The notes under the pieces were generated by a model. It had not been told where the DNA came from and ran no database searches. It saw nothing but the letters and a program-made list of their open reading frames with translations. Positions 1 through 12,394 of a stretch of DNA of 64,000 nucleotides are shown piece by piece; positions within the stretch are counted from its first letter, which is position 1, and each line of letters opens with the position of its first letter. The stretch covers positions 682,565 to 746,564 of the forward strand of contig NMRA01000091.1 in assembly GCA_002633005.1 (NCBI GenBank), written 5' to 3'. A program made the position numbers and the translations under genes. The DNA is from Phoronis australis. Its lineage: Eukaryota; Animalia; Phoronida.

Positions 1-3000
1 TTCAAAATTTTGACTTCTTCAATTCACTGGTTATCTCCACAACTCAATAGTGGAACTGAATCTGGTGTGGAAATTAAACATTCACGCTCAATGCAATACT
101 GGAAATTAGCTCAGTTTTTTGTTAAAAAGCCATAGAAGAGTCCTGGGGGAATGAGTTCACTTTCACAAAATCACGTTCCAGGTACAACTCTTCGTTCCAT
201 ATTACTTTATAGATATTTTATGTATTTGTGACATTTAGAGGATTTTCAGACACTGAAAGAGAGAAATATACATTAGGTCTGAATGAGCGTGCCCACCTTC
301 ATAATCATAAGTATCACTCGTCAAGAAACTGTGGAGAATACGCCAACTCAGTCGACATGGAGAGCATGATGTGCTGCTATTGAGAATATTGAGAGTCCCT
401 TTTGATTACATTCACGAAGCCCGTTTTGAATGAGCAGCAAACAGGGTCATGCTGCACTTGTTTGCGCAACATTCTTGTTACCCCCTCCATTTGTCAGTCT
501 TTGCAGTATTTCACACCTGCTGTGTACCATTGCATATTTGACTAGCTTTTGCTCTATGGTGGTATTACTGAGTCATTTTATTTCCACTTGATGAAACTAG
601 TATTTTTGAAATATCGTTTGTCGTCTCTTGGTCAGTTTCTTTACTAATGTTCTGACGATACGAACGGAATGGAATAAAGATTGTGACAGCAACAAGTGTC
701 ATGTATCGAACCAATTTTGCATAGTCGTAGCTATGTTTAGAAATTGCCTTACAATGTACTTTTGGCCTATGATAGTAGTGATAGCAATTTTTTGACACAA
801 CTTTTTGACACTCAAGTTTTGCAAATGACATGTCAATGCCAGTTAGCTTTTGGCCCTTCCCCCTGGAACAAAGCTGTGTGAATTACAAATATTTATTGTG
901 TAACATTGTTACAAATTCATATTTGTTGGTTAATACTTGTGCTTATGATTATGAGCTGATTCGTACGGTAATCTATTTAAACAAACATCAATACTAATTG
1001 CAACAAAAAATCAGCTGATGCGACTGTGTAAGTGTAAACACAAGAAAATCAGCTGTAGACGTTTCTAGCTTTAATAACTCATATTTGTCATAACATATCT
1101 GAATTATCTTGTGAATGTTTTAAATTACATGACAGAGAACAGTATACGCATTTTATTTTTTACAAGTCTTAAAAACTCCAAAAAATCAAGCAATTCGACT
1201 CATTACTTTACCAACTCTTGAAACGAGGGAACCGCGCGTGAACCGACCGCTCCGTAAAACCGGACGTTTTCTATCCTGTGTGTGCAGCGCCCTCTCATCG
1301 TTAGTGCTTATGTCCCTTGGTCCGCGACATGCGCAACGCGCTCTAACGGGAGTTGGCAGTCCCTATCTATAGTCTATGGTTTCAGTGCCTCGTGCCAAAC
1401 TAGGTCAAATGGAGTGTCAGCAATTACTACATGTAGGTCAACTGTTCAATCAAGAAACCAACTACAAAATCGAGTCGGTAGTTCAAGCGCGCCGTGAGCA
1501 TGAGATCGAAACAACGATTTATTTTACACAACTTGTTGTGTTCGTGAACACTAAGTGACAGACGCCGTTTGGTGACTCGAACTCAGTTCGTTCCCAACTA
1601 CCGTATGTACGCAGATGTACAACTCGCTTAGGATCAAAACTACGTTTTGTTTACTTATGATGCTATGGCTCGTTGACTAATATTTTGGTGACTCACTAAA
1701 TCGAAAGACTGTGGGTACATGCGGAATTGCTCTATACTTGGCGGGAGATTCAATTTGTGTGACAGCTCTGTAATCTTTGATCTTGGATAGTAGTAAAAAA
1801 ATTTCCACGCTGTTGAAGTGGGTCTGGAGAAACGATTTTTTCTACCATAAGCAAGCAAGATATTGAACTTAAATTTAACTGGAAATGAACATAAAAGGTT
1901 CATCCACAAAGCTTTCTATATTGCAAAAACTAAATAATTTAGAAGTAAGGCCCTGCATATCCTTAATGGAAAAAGTATCAGGCTTTATCAAACCGAACAC
2001 GAAGTTATGTTTGTGTACAAGTTTTGCCCAGACAAATACCTCAGTAACTTTAAAAAAAAATTCAATCAATTTTTATTATATCTGTGAATACTATTGAAAT
2101 ATCGAAACATTGCAATTGACGGAGAGTAGCCAATTAGGGGGTACAAATTATAACTCTAAAATCTGGTAAGTGACTACCAATATTCAACGACTGACCTACT
2201 GCACGTCTCCATGGACATGAAGTAATGCTGCTTTGTGTTCCCGATAGTGCTCATATCTTAATGGGGACCTCCCACAAAGTTCCAAAAGAGTTACTATATA
2301 CATTGATAGTTAATGACTTTACGTCAATGAAGGAGACCAGGGTTAGAAATTGTTGGGGGACAAGCGGGCCAAAGGTTGACGAAATTTGTGCATTGAATTG
2401 GCACCTCCTTATGGGGTGAGTATCTCAATGGAAACTAATTCAAAATTGAGGTCCACATTTGTTCTACCTTTTTTCATGAATTGGCAGAGAAATCCTACTT
2501 GATTGCACGTTTTGTTAACAAAATTTTACCACCCTTCTACTACAACTTCAGTCGAAACCTTAATTTATAACTTGAAAGCATCAAAACCTTCCAAGAATTG
2601 GTTATTTAATATGTTTTACCCCTAGGTGGTTGCGTATTTTTAAATAGTATGTTTTACTGGTATTTGACATTATTTTGCGCGTTTAAGTTTGTTTGAATGT
2701 TTGAATGTGTGTGCTAAAATGCCTCAGACATTATTTCATCAATAATGACGCGAACTTCAAATATCTTAATGTTTTCTCAATCATTTTTAGCAAATTCATT
2801 TGCACATAACACGAAAACGTGGAAATTTAAGTATATATTTGAAGAGTGCACCCATGTGGAAAACGTTAAAAATAAAGTTGGCTGGCACGAAACTTCTTTA
2901 AAGCTACCACAGCTATGGGACAACTGTCTGCCTTATTTTTTGATGTTTTCAAATGCATTTAAGTTCAACACCACATTTGGGATTACAGCGTTTATATTTC

Positions 3001-3319
3001 AATCCCAAACAAAGAAAATTCACAATGAACACGGAGTTCTCTGCAGAATGAACAGCTCTGAAAATGGTCAAACATTAGGGATCATCCATACCACGTTGTC
3101 TGCTCCTGAATGCCGTGATGCCTCTTTGAACGTCTGTAGTTGTCCTAGAAAGTTCAAAACAAATGTATCCAATGAACTGCATGCTAACGATGTGCTATGA
3201 TTGCATTGCAGTATATTTTTCACGCAGGAAAGAAATCGCTCACTTACTGATAAACAATTATTTCTGCTTTCTTGAATTTCTTACTGAACCTACATATTAG
3301 TCTGAGTATTGGCTTACAG

Positions 3320-3598
3320 CACCAAGCGCAACCTGTAAAGTCGATAAGAGGGGAATGTCGTACAAAGGTAACCTTGCAGAAGCAGCAGGAAGCACGTGCA
3401 GAATATGGTCGTCTAAGGAAGTTCTGAAGCACATAAAAGCTAATGATCACTTATATCGAAAGTACACCGATTGGTCAACATCAGACCAGAATTCGAACTT
3501 TTGTCGAAACCTGGATGGTTCAGAAGATGGTCCCTGGTGCTACATTGTAGATGAATATGTACCGTCACACAGAATTTGTGAACTCAATATTTGCAAAG
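3320..3598 (+). CDS. Kringle-domain exon (phase 1-1) of a predicted single-pass membrane protein; upstream exon(s) not identified
   Basis: Translation ..APSATCKVDKRGMSYKGNLAEAAGSTCRIW...SNFCRNLDGSEDGPWCYIVDEYVPSHRICELNICK has all six kringle cysteines and the GxSYxG, CxxW, NFCRNxD and PWCY motifs. Acceptor ttacAG at 3318-3319, donor G|GTgggt at 3599; both introns are phase 1, as is typical of kringle modules. Confidence 0.9.
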
Positions 3599-4599
3599 GT
3601 GGGTAGGTAATTCAACTTCATGTACGGTGCTGCTCCACGGCCGTGGTTTGGCATAGGCGTACAAAGCGGTGGGCAGGGGAAAACGGAAGGGGGGCAGAAA
3701 CGATGTGCCAAGTTGGGGCAGTGGTCGAGCTCGTCAATCTCTTTGCTTATGTATTTGGAATTTTCATTATATTTCTGAGAAAAAAATGAATCCTCTCTAT
3801 AGTCTCATGTAAAACTGATGACGTAAGCCTAAATCCTGATACCCACGTATGCTTGCATTTATAGCGAAATATCACTCTTCTATATGGGATTACGGGAAAC
3901 GGTCACCAGTGGCGTACCAAGTAGGATAAGGGGAAGAAAACGAGGGAGTGGGCGGCGTGAAATTTGTAACGAGCGGGGAAGGCTTCCTTATAAGAGTGGT
4001 GGGGCGCTCTGGATAGAGAGAAGTTTGCAAAGGCATTCACTGCCACCTATTGTATTTGGAAACACATTTTACTGTTTTCAAACAGGCATGTAGTATAACG
4101 AATAACACAACGAAAATTAAAGCAAAACATTCAAGCACATAATTACTCTTACATTCTGTTAAGATTTCTGTTCACACTTATCAATATTCTGGCGGTTAAG
4201 ATAAGAAATTTTTAACGTAGTCACACTCCCAAAAAGGTGTTTCAGTGCCCCAACTGACTCTACAAAAAGAGCAGACATCGTCCTCCTTAACGATTTGATT
4301 TTTCAAAGATGAGTTTGTAGACCATCTGATTTTTGGAACTTTTGTGACTTAGTAAGGAAGAGAATACAAGTCTTCCCATTAAAGCTATCATCTAAACCCA
4401 GTTTAACTGACACTTTTAATTCAGCTTTTGAGCCTTGTTGAACACAATTAAAAAATTCGCATGTTTGTCAACATTCTCCTCCACTACTATAAAGCACTCT
4501 TAAGAAAGTGGGAAATACAAGTAAACTTACCTCAACATTCTCACATTTACAAATACATTTTTACTTGACATTTGTCGTATATTCCATACAATTCGCTTC

Positions 4600-5190
4600 A
4601 AAACTTTGACATTGTTTTAGTAATTTGAAATATTTTGTACAGCATAATCATACTGTGATATTTCGCCACTTGAAGAGTACAAGTATTTAATAAACATAAT
4701 CCCACTTCAAATCAATTTCCGGGCGATACAAAATGCCTCTTCCCCAGACCTTCAACTCGTCTTTATGCCACAAAAGCTGATTAAGAAGTTGATTAAAATA
4801 TCTGGTAGTTTACATTTTAAAAATTACCACCAAATTTAACACAACCTTGAATCTCTGGATATGTCGAATATAACCATATATTAATTTGCCAACTTTAGTT
4901 TGATACCCTTTCAAAAATTAAAAATATTGATTATTTTGAAACCTCCTATACTATAGTCAAGAACAGCACACTGCGTTCAATTTTATCGTTACGTCCTTGT
5001 CGAGTAAATGCGAAGAAATACAATTGCGTTCTATCAAAATGTACTCAGACGGATTTGGCAGGGCTCTCAAAAGGTGAATCATTCTCAACACTGCCAGAGA
5101 TTTGATTACAGTAACCCTTCCACAAATCGTCAGTTTCCGTCTTGACCAATGTCTCAAAAGAAGTTGTATCTCTTTTACCTTTGGCTAGAC
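4600..5190 (-). mobile_element. Degenerate L1/Tx1-clade LINE ORF2 fragment (region C-terminal to the RT core)
   Basis: KVKEIQLLLRHWSRRKLTICGRVTVIKSLAVLRMIHLLRALPNP matches the WxxRxLTxxGRxxxIKSL..LPxP segment of L1/Tx1 ORF2. A frameshifted GGFKIINI (GGL-like motif) follows. The region contains stops and frameshifts. Confidence 0.75.
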
Positions 5191-5559
5191 AAGGGTTTCA
5201 TTGGATCTCTCAATACAGTGGGCATCTGCTCCGGGCTACAATCTTACGTTAAAGATTCTAGTAATGTACACTGTCTCAGGTTTTTCAGCGTTACGTAACA
5301 CAAGAGAAATTGGTAATCACTTTCAAACTCACTATTTAGGCAAAATTCAGAATGTCTGTGTTCTCTCGTAACGGGTGATTTCCTTTCCTACCATTAAACC
5401 ATATAGCGGCATACAGAACTGAGACAGTGCTATTCCGATTTGATTTTAACTTCTTAATTTTAAAAACCGGAACCATTTTTATCACTTTTTCACACGCATG
5501 AAGATAGGAGATTGCTTAGAGACTACAGAGAGTATGTATTAAGCTGTCAAGCAAAACGT

Positions 5560-5835
5560 ACAGTCGGGTCTTCAATCATGTTTGTGTTAACGAAGCGCTG
5601 CTACCGATCTATACTTTGTTTAGAGAGACATTTGAAGTCTTCTACATTAACCAACATATCATTCTTGCTGTCTTTCTTTCAGACCTTTTACAAATTTCAC
5701 TTGATTGATGACTTAACAGTTAGTCCACTCCTCTCGATATCCAGTGTCTCTAAAAGTTGTTTCACTTTCAACTCCAAATCCTTAAGAATCTGTAACAGAT
5801 TTGTTCGATTTGTCGCATTGGTTTTCATAGAATAG
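5560..5835 (-). mobile_element. Degenerate LINE ORF2 fragment (region between endonuclease and RT)
   Basis: YSMKTNATNRTNLLQILKDLELKVKQLLETLDIERSGLTVKSSIK followed by a disrupted SERKT resembles the coiled-coil plus GxxIRSRxxWxExGEK segment of L1/Tx1 ORF2. Confidence 0.45.
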
Positions 5836-5899
5836 TTGCTTTGTCCGAGTTTTGACGTCAGCGTATTCGCATTTGGCCTTTTGTATTGAGACAGGATAA

Positions 5900-6030
5900 C
5901 ATTTATCATTTCAATGTCTAATCCTTTGAGTACGAAAAATAACAACACGCAGGGCCCCGATGGTTTCTCTGGGGGAATTTTAAAAATATTTTTGGGCAAA
6001 CTTTTTGCTAAGGCTCTTTAACGGTAGTTT
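5900..6030 (+). mobile_element. Degenerate LINE RT N-terminal fragment, inverted relative to the neighbouring fragments
   Basis: The plus frame reads LSTKNNNTQGPDGFSGGILKIFLGKLFAKAL*, matching the KxxKSPGPDGFxxEFFKxF motif at the start of non-LTR RT domains. Confidence 0.6.
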
Positions 6031-6898
6031 CCGACACTTTTCGGCCAATCGACACCTGGGAGCTTTTCTGTCCTCCCTAAGGGCAATAACCTCAGAAACC
6101 AATTGGGCAACTGAAGTTATCTGCATCAAGGCTCGGCACAACTACAAAACATTATCGGGTTGTGTTGCTCAAGTTTCGAATGTTTTGCTAACAAAAGTGT
6201 ATACTCCTACTTAATTGGATGACTTAAAAAACAACTCATGACCTGAATTAGGAATCGCAGGGTTTTAACCACTTTAATCTCGAATATGCACGAGGTTAAA
6301 GGGGTTTCCTTCATGGAACTGTGGCCACAAATGTATTTTTTTGCCAAAATTGGTGTCAAGCAATCAGAAAGTTGTATATTTTGTAAAAAAAAACAGAAAA
6401 TATGACCCATCCTTACAGGGATTATATTGTTACCAATAAATCCCGGTTATGATACGCTCAGCTAGCTCTATATATTCCATATCCTGCAGAACGATGCAAA
6501 ACTCAGTGAAAAATTGATGGTGGGAGGGAAAATTACCCAGACTCTTTCCACGTAATGGGCTCTGCTAAACAACGACGAAGTGCCTGAACTCTGTTTGTCG
6601 GAAGCACTAAGTGCGCAATAGCATATGGCCATGTTAATTTTGGGTAAATATGCAGTTGTTATCAACTGCTCTTTATATGTCAAGGAAGGGTTTGAATTCT
6701 TGTAATTTTCGTTTACTTCATCTCTGAAAATTGCAGAGGGAATGACTGACTGGAGGAAAGGTAAAACATACTAATGACTGTTGCGTGTGCTGGTTTTGAG
6801 TTCGGGGCACCTTCCTGTAATCTCCTCACGCCCTCTTTTTCTCTCCCGCTCTAATTATCTATTTGTTCGTTATCTATTGTGATTTATAAAATACTCAT

Positions 6899-7860
6899 TA
6901 GTGACTTAGGTAAAGCGGTATGCTTTTGATTGTACTTTTTGGACCGTAATGATGTAATATGCTCTGCGAGATCGCAGCACTTTCAGAAACTTGTCCACAT
7001 GGTGGCGCTGCAACCAAGTCACTAGGTGTTGGTCCTCTACTAGTGTTTTTGTTGCAAGTTCAAACATTTGCTGAATATCTTTGGCACAAATTTTTTAAGC
7101 ACTGCAAGCAGATTATAGTGAATTTGCATTATTTATGCAAATTAAGACCGCCATTATTCAAATTTTTTCTTGTTCTAATAGATATTGTACCAATCATCAC
7201 AGGTGAATTATCATGGTATTTGCACCCATGTTCCTATGGTTAATTAGTTTAATGAAATCAGTTTCCATGTTGTTGCATGTTAAATTTGCATAATTAATAC
7301 AAATTAAGGTCACCATTACTCAAGTATTATATTTTTGCTTACAACGCCTTTATCAAGCACTGCAGACAGGTTACTTTAATGTTTTCACCTGTAAGTGAAT
7401 TTAATGGAGCTCGCTTGCTGGTGGAAACATCATGAATTTGTATAATATATGCAAATTAAGGTCGCCATTATTCAAAATTCTACTTTTGCTTATAGGTGAA
7501 GGCGCCCCAGGTGAAATATTTTAACGTCTGCACCCATGTTTCTTTGGTCAACTAATTTAATGAAGTCAGTTTCCAACGTTGCATGATGAAATTGCATAAT
7601 TTATACAAATAAAGGACACCAGTATTCCAAGTACTGTTCCTGCTCATAATTTCCTTACGGGCATTACGTGTAGATTATTTTAAATTATATCATGAATTTG
7701 CATAATGGATAATTTACACAAATTACAGTTGCCATATTCCAATTTCTACTTGCACTTATAACAGACACCAGAGGTTAGTCATAAATATATGCACCCATGT
7801 TTATGTGGTTAATGAATTTAATGAAACCTGTTTGCAGGTTGTAACATGATAAATTTGCAG
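6899..7860. repeat. Imperfect tandem array (about 150-bp subunits in about 260-310-bp higher-order units), probably the core of a Helentron/HINE-like non-autonomous element
   Basis: Recurring TGCACCCATGTT...TTTAATGAA (about 7221, 7529, 7790) and ATTTGCATAAT...CAAATTAAGG..CCATTA blocks. Short inverted pair tagtgactt (6900) / aagtcacta (7016) at the left end. Confidence 0.6.
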
Positions 7861-8618
7861 AGTCTCCGTTTTGAAGATGAAGTAACAAAATATTTTGTGT
7901 ACTGTGTGCTCTGCAGTTTGAGACCTTAAATTCCAATAGGATATTGCTTAGTGCCTTGCGCTCCCACAGAACATAGAAAAATTTAGTGACCTGGGTGAAT
8001 GCTGGAATGGGGCTCGGAGCGATCAGTTTATAGGGACCACATTCATGAGGTACGAATACAGTAGTGAGGGAATAGTAGGGAATTGCCCTCAAAGTAGAGA
8101 CTCTTACGCTCTGGGCACAAGTTACAGGCAGCTGTGGGGAGGATGGGCTGAACCATATAAGTATAAAAATTCTAAGGTGTCGTTTCTTTCGATACCAAAA
8201 GGATTTTGGGCAATAGTGCAGAAGAAAAAGCTTTTATGTTTAATTCACAAACTCTCAGTTAATTCTCTTTGAATATTTTTAATCAAAGCATTCCCTCATT
8301 AGATTTTACGAAATATTGCCAACATTCCGACGTTCAGGCACGATACGTGAGTGTACGTATTGTGTTATCCATTACCACCTGATTACTTTTTTTCTGAAAA
8401 TCAGCAAAGAAGTAAGAGCCCCAGACCAAGGTTCATATTTCAAGCGTTCAACCGAGTAGGACACATGCACTAAGCAACACCATCTGCTGGGTGGCTAAAC
8501 TTTCTAAGAATATTAAAATGTTACACTGGTTAATTCCTGTTGCGATAAATTGGCAATCAAAACCTTTGATGTTTGGTGTAAACAAAACAATCAATCTGCG
8601 GCATGGTTCAGACGTGCA

Positions 8619-8619
<1 letters not shown>

Positions 8620-8665
<46 letters not shown>

Positions 8666-8680
8666 ACGCACACAGACACA
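8620..8680. repeat. (CA)n / (CACGCA)n microsatellite
   Basis: Seen directly in the sequence. Confidence 0.97.
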
Positions 8681-9720
8681 AGGCCTGTTTTGCAGACCCG
8701 GCTCTCGCCGTTCTGCTGAGCGCGACCTCATGTGCAGAACCAAATTGTAACACCTCAAATTCTCACAAATTCATATCGTGTCAACTTGGGTAACCGCTGC
8801 AGGCCCAGAGTGTGACAATTTGGACAAATTGTCACTGCCCTTTTTTCGAGAGTCAGTATATACTCAAATAGTCACAACATCCCAAATTGCCACAACAACG
8901 TAAGTGTTGTCGGTGGAATGGTCTAGCTACGCGGATGGACAGTTTCACCAAAAAACGACCAATGATATGAAAATACGCAAAGTTAATCTCAATAATAACA
9001 ACAGTTGTCAATTTGAGAAGGATATGAATAGATCATGAATCGATAACTCATTTGCACCCCAGAAACATACACGATCAAAGCGGCATCTGCAAAAATATTT
9101 TGTTTTACCGCAAAACCCCGCAGTTGAGAGCATGCACGTAATTGCGGACCTTAGGTACATACGGCGGACATTCGATTAGAAAAATCTCTCGAAACCTAAT
9201 AAGCCACGCACTTCAGCTGCATGTGATGATAAAAATGCAAGATATCCAGACTTCCATGCCTGGGCACAAAATTCTTTTCTCACCAACGCTATTCCCATCA
9301 TACCACGTTAAATTTGAAACCACTTCGTTATTGCTTGTCATCTATTTTTAGACTAAGGTGCACCAAGCAGGAAGACAATGTCCTTTTAATATTTCATTTA
9401 GGAACGGCTCTAAGCCCGCGTTCCGTCGAAGCAACTGACTTTTGATTTACACCGCTATGAAATTGGTCTCACACTGCTCCGAGTTTCTCACGTGAGAAGT
9501 ATTGTATAAAATGGCACGACATTACAATTAGTCAAGTTATAAAGCGTTCTATCAAGCAGTTAACAATCTGTCACCTTCCGAACACCTATTTTGACTAAGA
9601 AGCAATTTGAGACCGATTTCTTGACGGTAAATGGTCTCCATCTGATATGAAAATTGGGTTTAAAGACGCTTTGAGTTGTTCGTTGTTATCTGCATCTGCT
9701 TGTCATCTTTCCGAATATAG

Positions 9721-9920
9721 GTAACTATGAGGATAAAGATGGTGAGGAGACGAAGAAAGAGTCGTTAAAGGGATTGTATATCGGAATCATCGTGGGAGTC
9801 TGCGTACTAGTTTTCATAATCGGAGAGATCGCACTCTATCGAGGGTGTTGTACAAGTTGTGGTAGTAGTTTTAGTAGTGGTAGCTATTCAAATAGATCTT
9901 CGTCTTCTTCTTCTTTCTGA
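9721..9920 (+). CDS. Terminal exon of the kringle protein: charged stalk, one transmembrane helix, short Cys/Ser-rich cytoplasmic tail
   Basis: Pyrimidine-rich tract ending in tAG at 9720. The phase-1 join with the kringle exon reads GNYEDKDGEETKKESLKGLYIGIIVGVCVLVFIIGEIALYRGCCTSCGSSFSSGSYSNRSSSSSSF*, with TGA at 9918-9920. AATAAA at 9927 and 10281. This frame is not in the ORF track. Confidence 0.75.
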
Positions 9921-11332
9921 TACTGAAATAAATAAGATGATGAATGCTCTCAGGCACCACACTAGTATCGTCTCAACAACACCGAGTGCTTTCTTATCGA
10001 TCGAATTGAGGCACAATTTTCTCCAGACAGAGCACATATGAGGCTGACTTGTTACTAAACAGCTTATCGTACCCTTTTCTCGCAATTTTATCAAAGAAGA
10101 CAAGTTATTCTCGATCTCGTACTCCTAAAATTGTTCAGACAAAATCACAGTCGAAAACTTCCGAATCCATGGTAATTTCAAATCTGAATTGACTAATTTC
10201 CAATCCGTCTTAAACAACGGTTTATTGCAAACCCCAGGGACATCATACTAGCAGCTTAAGACAATTACCTTAGTTTGGGAAATAAACATTTCAATCAAGT
10301 TAAAGCCAAAGACAACTCAAGCGCAAGCAGTAACTCGACCAGTTGGTTGCCTTTCGTATAAGTACATCAACGTGTATATTAAAACTTATCAATGTAACTA
10401 ACTATCATCTTTACAATTTATATCGCATTTCTCCACCAGGTATTTTAAAATGCTCAACAAGATCAGCAGAATACACGTGTTTGCAGGCAAATGAACCGAA
10501 CAAGTGTAGTCACGTGACGAGTTTTTAACGGAAATGCGATTTTTGCAGAGATCACTGTAACTACAGCCAACACTATTTTTGGTCACAAAAGCGTATTCGC
10601 GATTTTCTTTTTTAGCTTAAAAGCTATCGTTGACAATTTCCGATTCTTTGTAGAAGGAAAATGCGGTAAAATGAGCCAAAAAATCTTGGACAAGCTTCAG
10701 TAGTCAGTATTGCTTTTTATGATACGTGTTGGTGGGAATACTTGTATCGCCGCATGTGTTTTTTATTGCAGCCGTCAAACCAAAAATAACAACTTCTTTG
10801 TAAGAAATAGTACAAGAAAGACTACCGCAACAATGCCAAAGGTAAACATACAGAACATTCTATTGCCTTCCGTACTTACTCAAGTCCACAGTTTCTAGTC
10901 GCGTGCGTACTCGTGTGGTAGAGAACTTGACGAAAAAGCAGATTTGTGCATTGCACTCTAAGGGGAAGCGGCAATAAAATGCAAACTTCTCTTGAAGTGA
11001 GCAATAATTGGTGAAAAGAGCACCTGATAATATATTAATTTCATCAGTACGTGAATACTGTTTGTACACGGAAGTGTACAGATATTGGGGTTAGTTTTTA
11101 CCCCTTCTTTGCTTTATATGGTCAACCGATGCCAAGGTAGAAGATGAAAACAATTTGAAATTACTATGAAAGTGAGGCTTTAATTGCAATCATTTAAAAC
11201 TTTTTTCTTTGTATCCATGGTAAATATTGAAGCTGCATGGGTCTGATTTTGTGTGAAAACGTGGCTAACCTTAACTTATACTAGAACGACGACAGTTTTA
11301 AATGCGCTCCCGATTACGAATCGAGCACAGCC

Positions 11333-12394
11333 TTGGTCCAGGGTGTTCCTTCTACCCCACTGTAAAACCAGATATAACGGAGTCGAAAACATACTCGCGC
11401 ACCTTCAAAACAGCTAACCAGCCCGAAAAACACGAACCCAGATCTTTAAAACAGGAAACGGCAGAAATGGAAAGGGATCCCGGACAATTTATCAAATTTT
11501 CTGACACCGTTGTAAGTAGCCTCAAACTTTGAGCTAAAGCATAGTCAAGTACTTTCCAGTTGTTTTCTGAATTTGCTTGTTAAAAGTTGTCAATAATAAA
11601 ACATAACTTAAATTATATTGACTTTGTTATTGCATTTTTATCAGTAAAACTCGTGCAACTTGTATGTGGGCGAATTTCAACATCATCTATACTCTCAATA
11701 CGTTGTTATCTCGGTGAATATAGTTATTTTTAAATTATTTAATAGTTCTCCAAAAATGTTTTAAAAGTGAAAAACAAAAGCATTATTTCGACTTTAGAAT
11801 GCCATTGTTGACTATTTTTTTGTGACATGTACGCATCCTAGTGGAAGAAGAGCATTTGATTAAGTTCAGCATTTGCCATGATTATGCTTGAAGACGAAGT
11901 GTTGTGTCCAAACTACAATGGTTCTGCGTGTTTGGAACACGCGCGATTTCACGTAAATCGTTGTTAAAATTGTTGCTAAAACAAGGCGTTTTGACCTAAA
12001 CAACAATTCACAGCAATCATTGTTTTGCAGCGCCACTAAAATAGGCAAGTAGTAGGGGATAACAGACACTGGCCAACAGGAGACACAATATTTCGTAGCC
12101 GACGTAAAAGATTGCACCACAGCAGAATAACGTACAACATCATACGTTGTCTAAAATTCTCAGATAGTAAAACAACATATCACAACAACTGTTTAAAGTA
12201 GTAAGATTTATTTTTCACCAAACGATGTTTGACAGAAAGTGCTGAAGTAGTGTCCTGTCCGATCCCCGGGATTCCTGTTTTAAAGGTCGAGCTTCTTGTT
12301 TTTCGGGCTGATTAAATGTTTTGATAGGGCGGGAGTCTGCTTTCCCCTCCGGGATATCGGTTTTCACCTGTTTCGATTGAACACCCTGAACCAA
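11333..12394. mobile_element. Old fold-back/TIR element with diverged long inverted arms
   Basis: 11333-11510 (+) and 12394-12220 (-) align without gaps over about 100 bp, sharing CAGCCCGAAAAACA and TTTAAAACAGGAA. Both arms start TTGGT(C/T)CAGGGTGTTC. Confidence 0.65.

Noticed and set aside
1616-1680. Signal-peptide-like MYNSLRIKTTFCLLMMLWLVD as first exon of the kringle gene
   Set aside because: It ends in TAA with no suitable phase-1 donor before the stop. Donors at 2166 and 2416 do not give a signal-peptide exon in phase either.
2745-3200. 151-aa plus-strand ORF upstream of the kringle exon
   Set aside because: No recognisable domain or convincing splice sites; likely a chance ORF in AT-rich DNA.
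8448-8793. ORFs with HT/CV repeats
   Set aside because: Translation of the (CA)n microsatellite.
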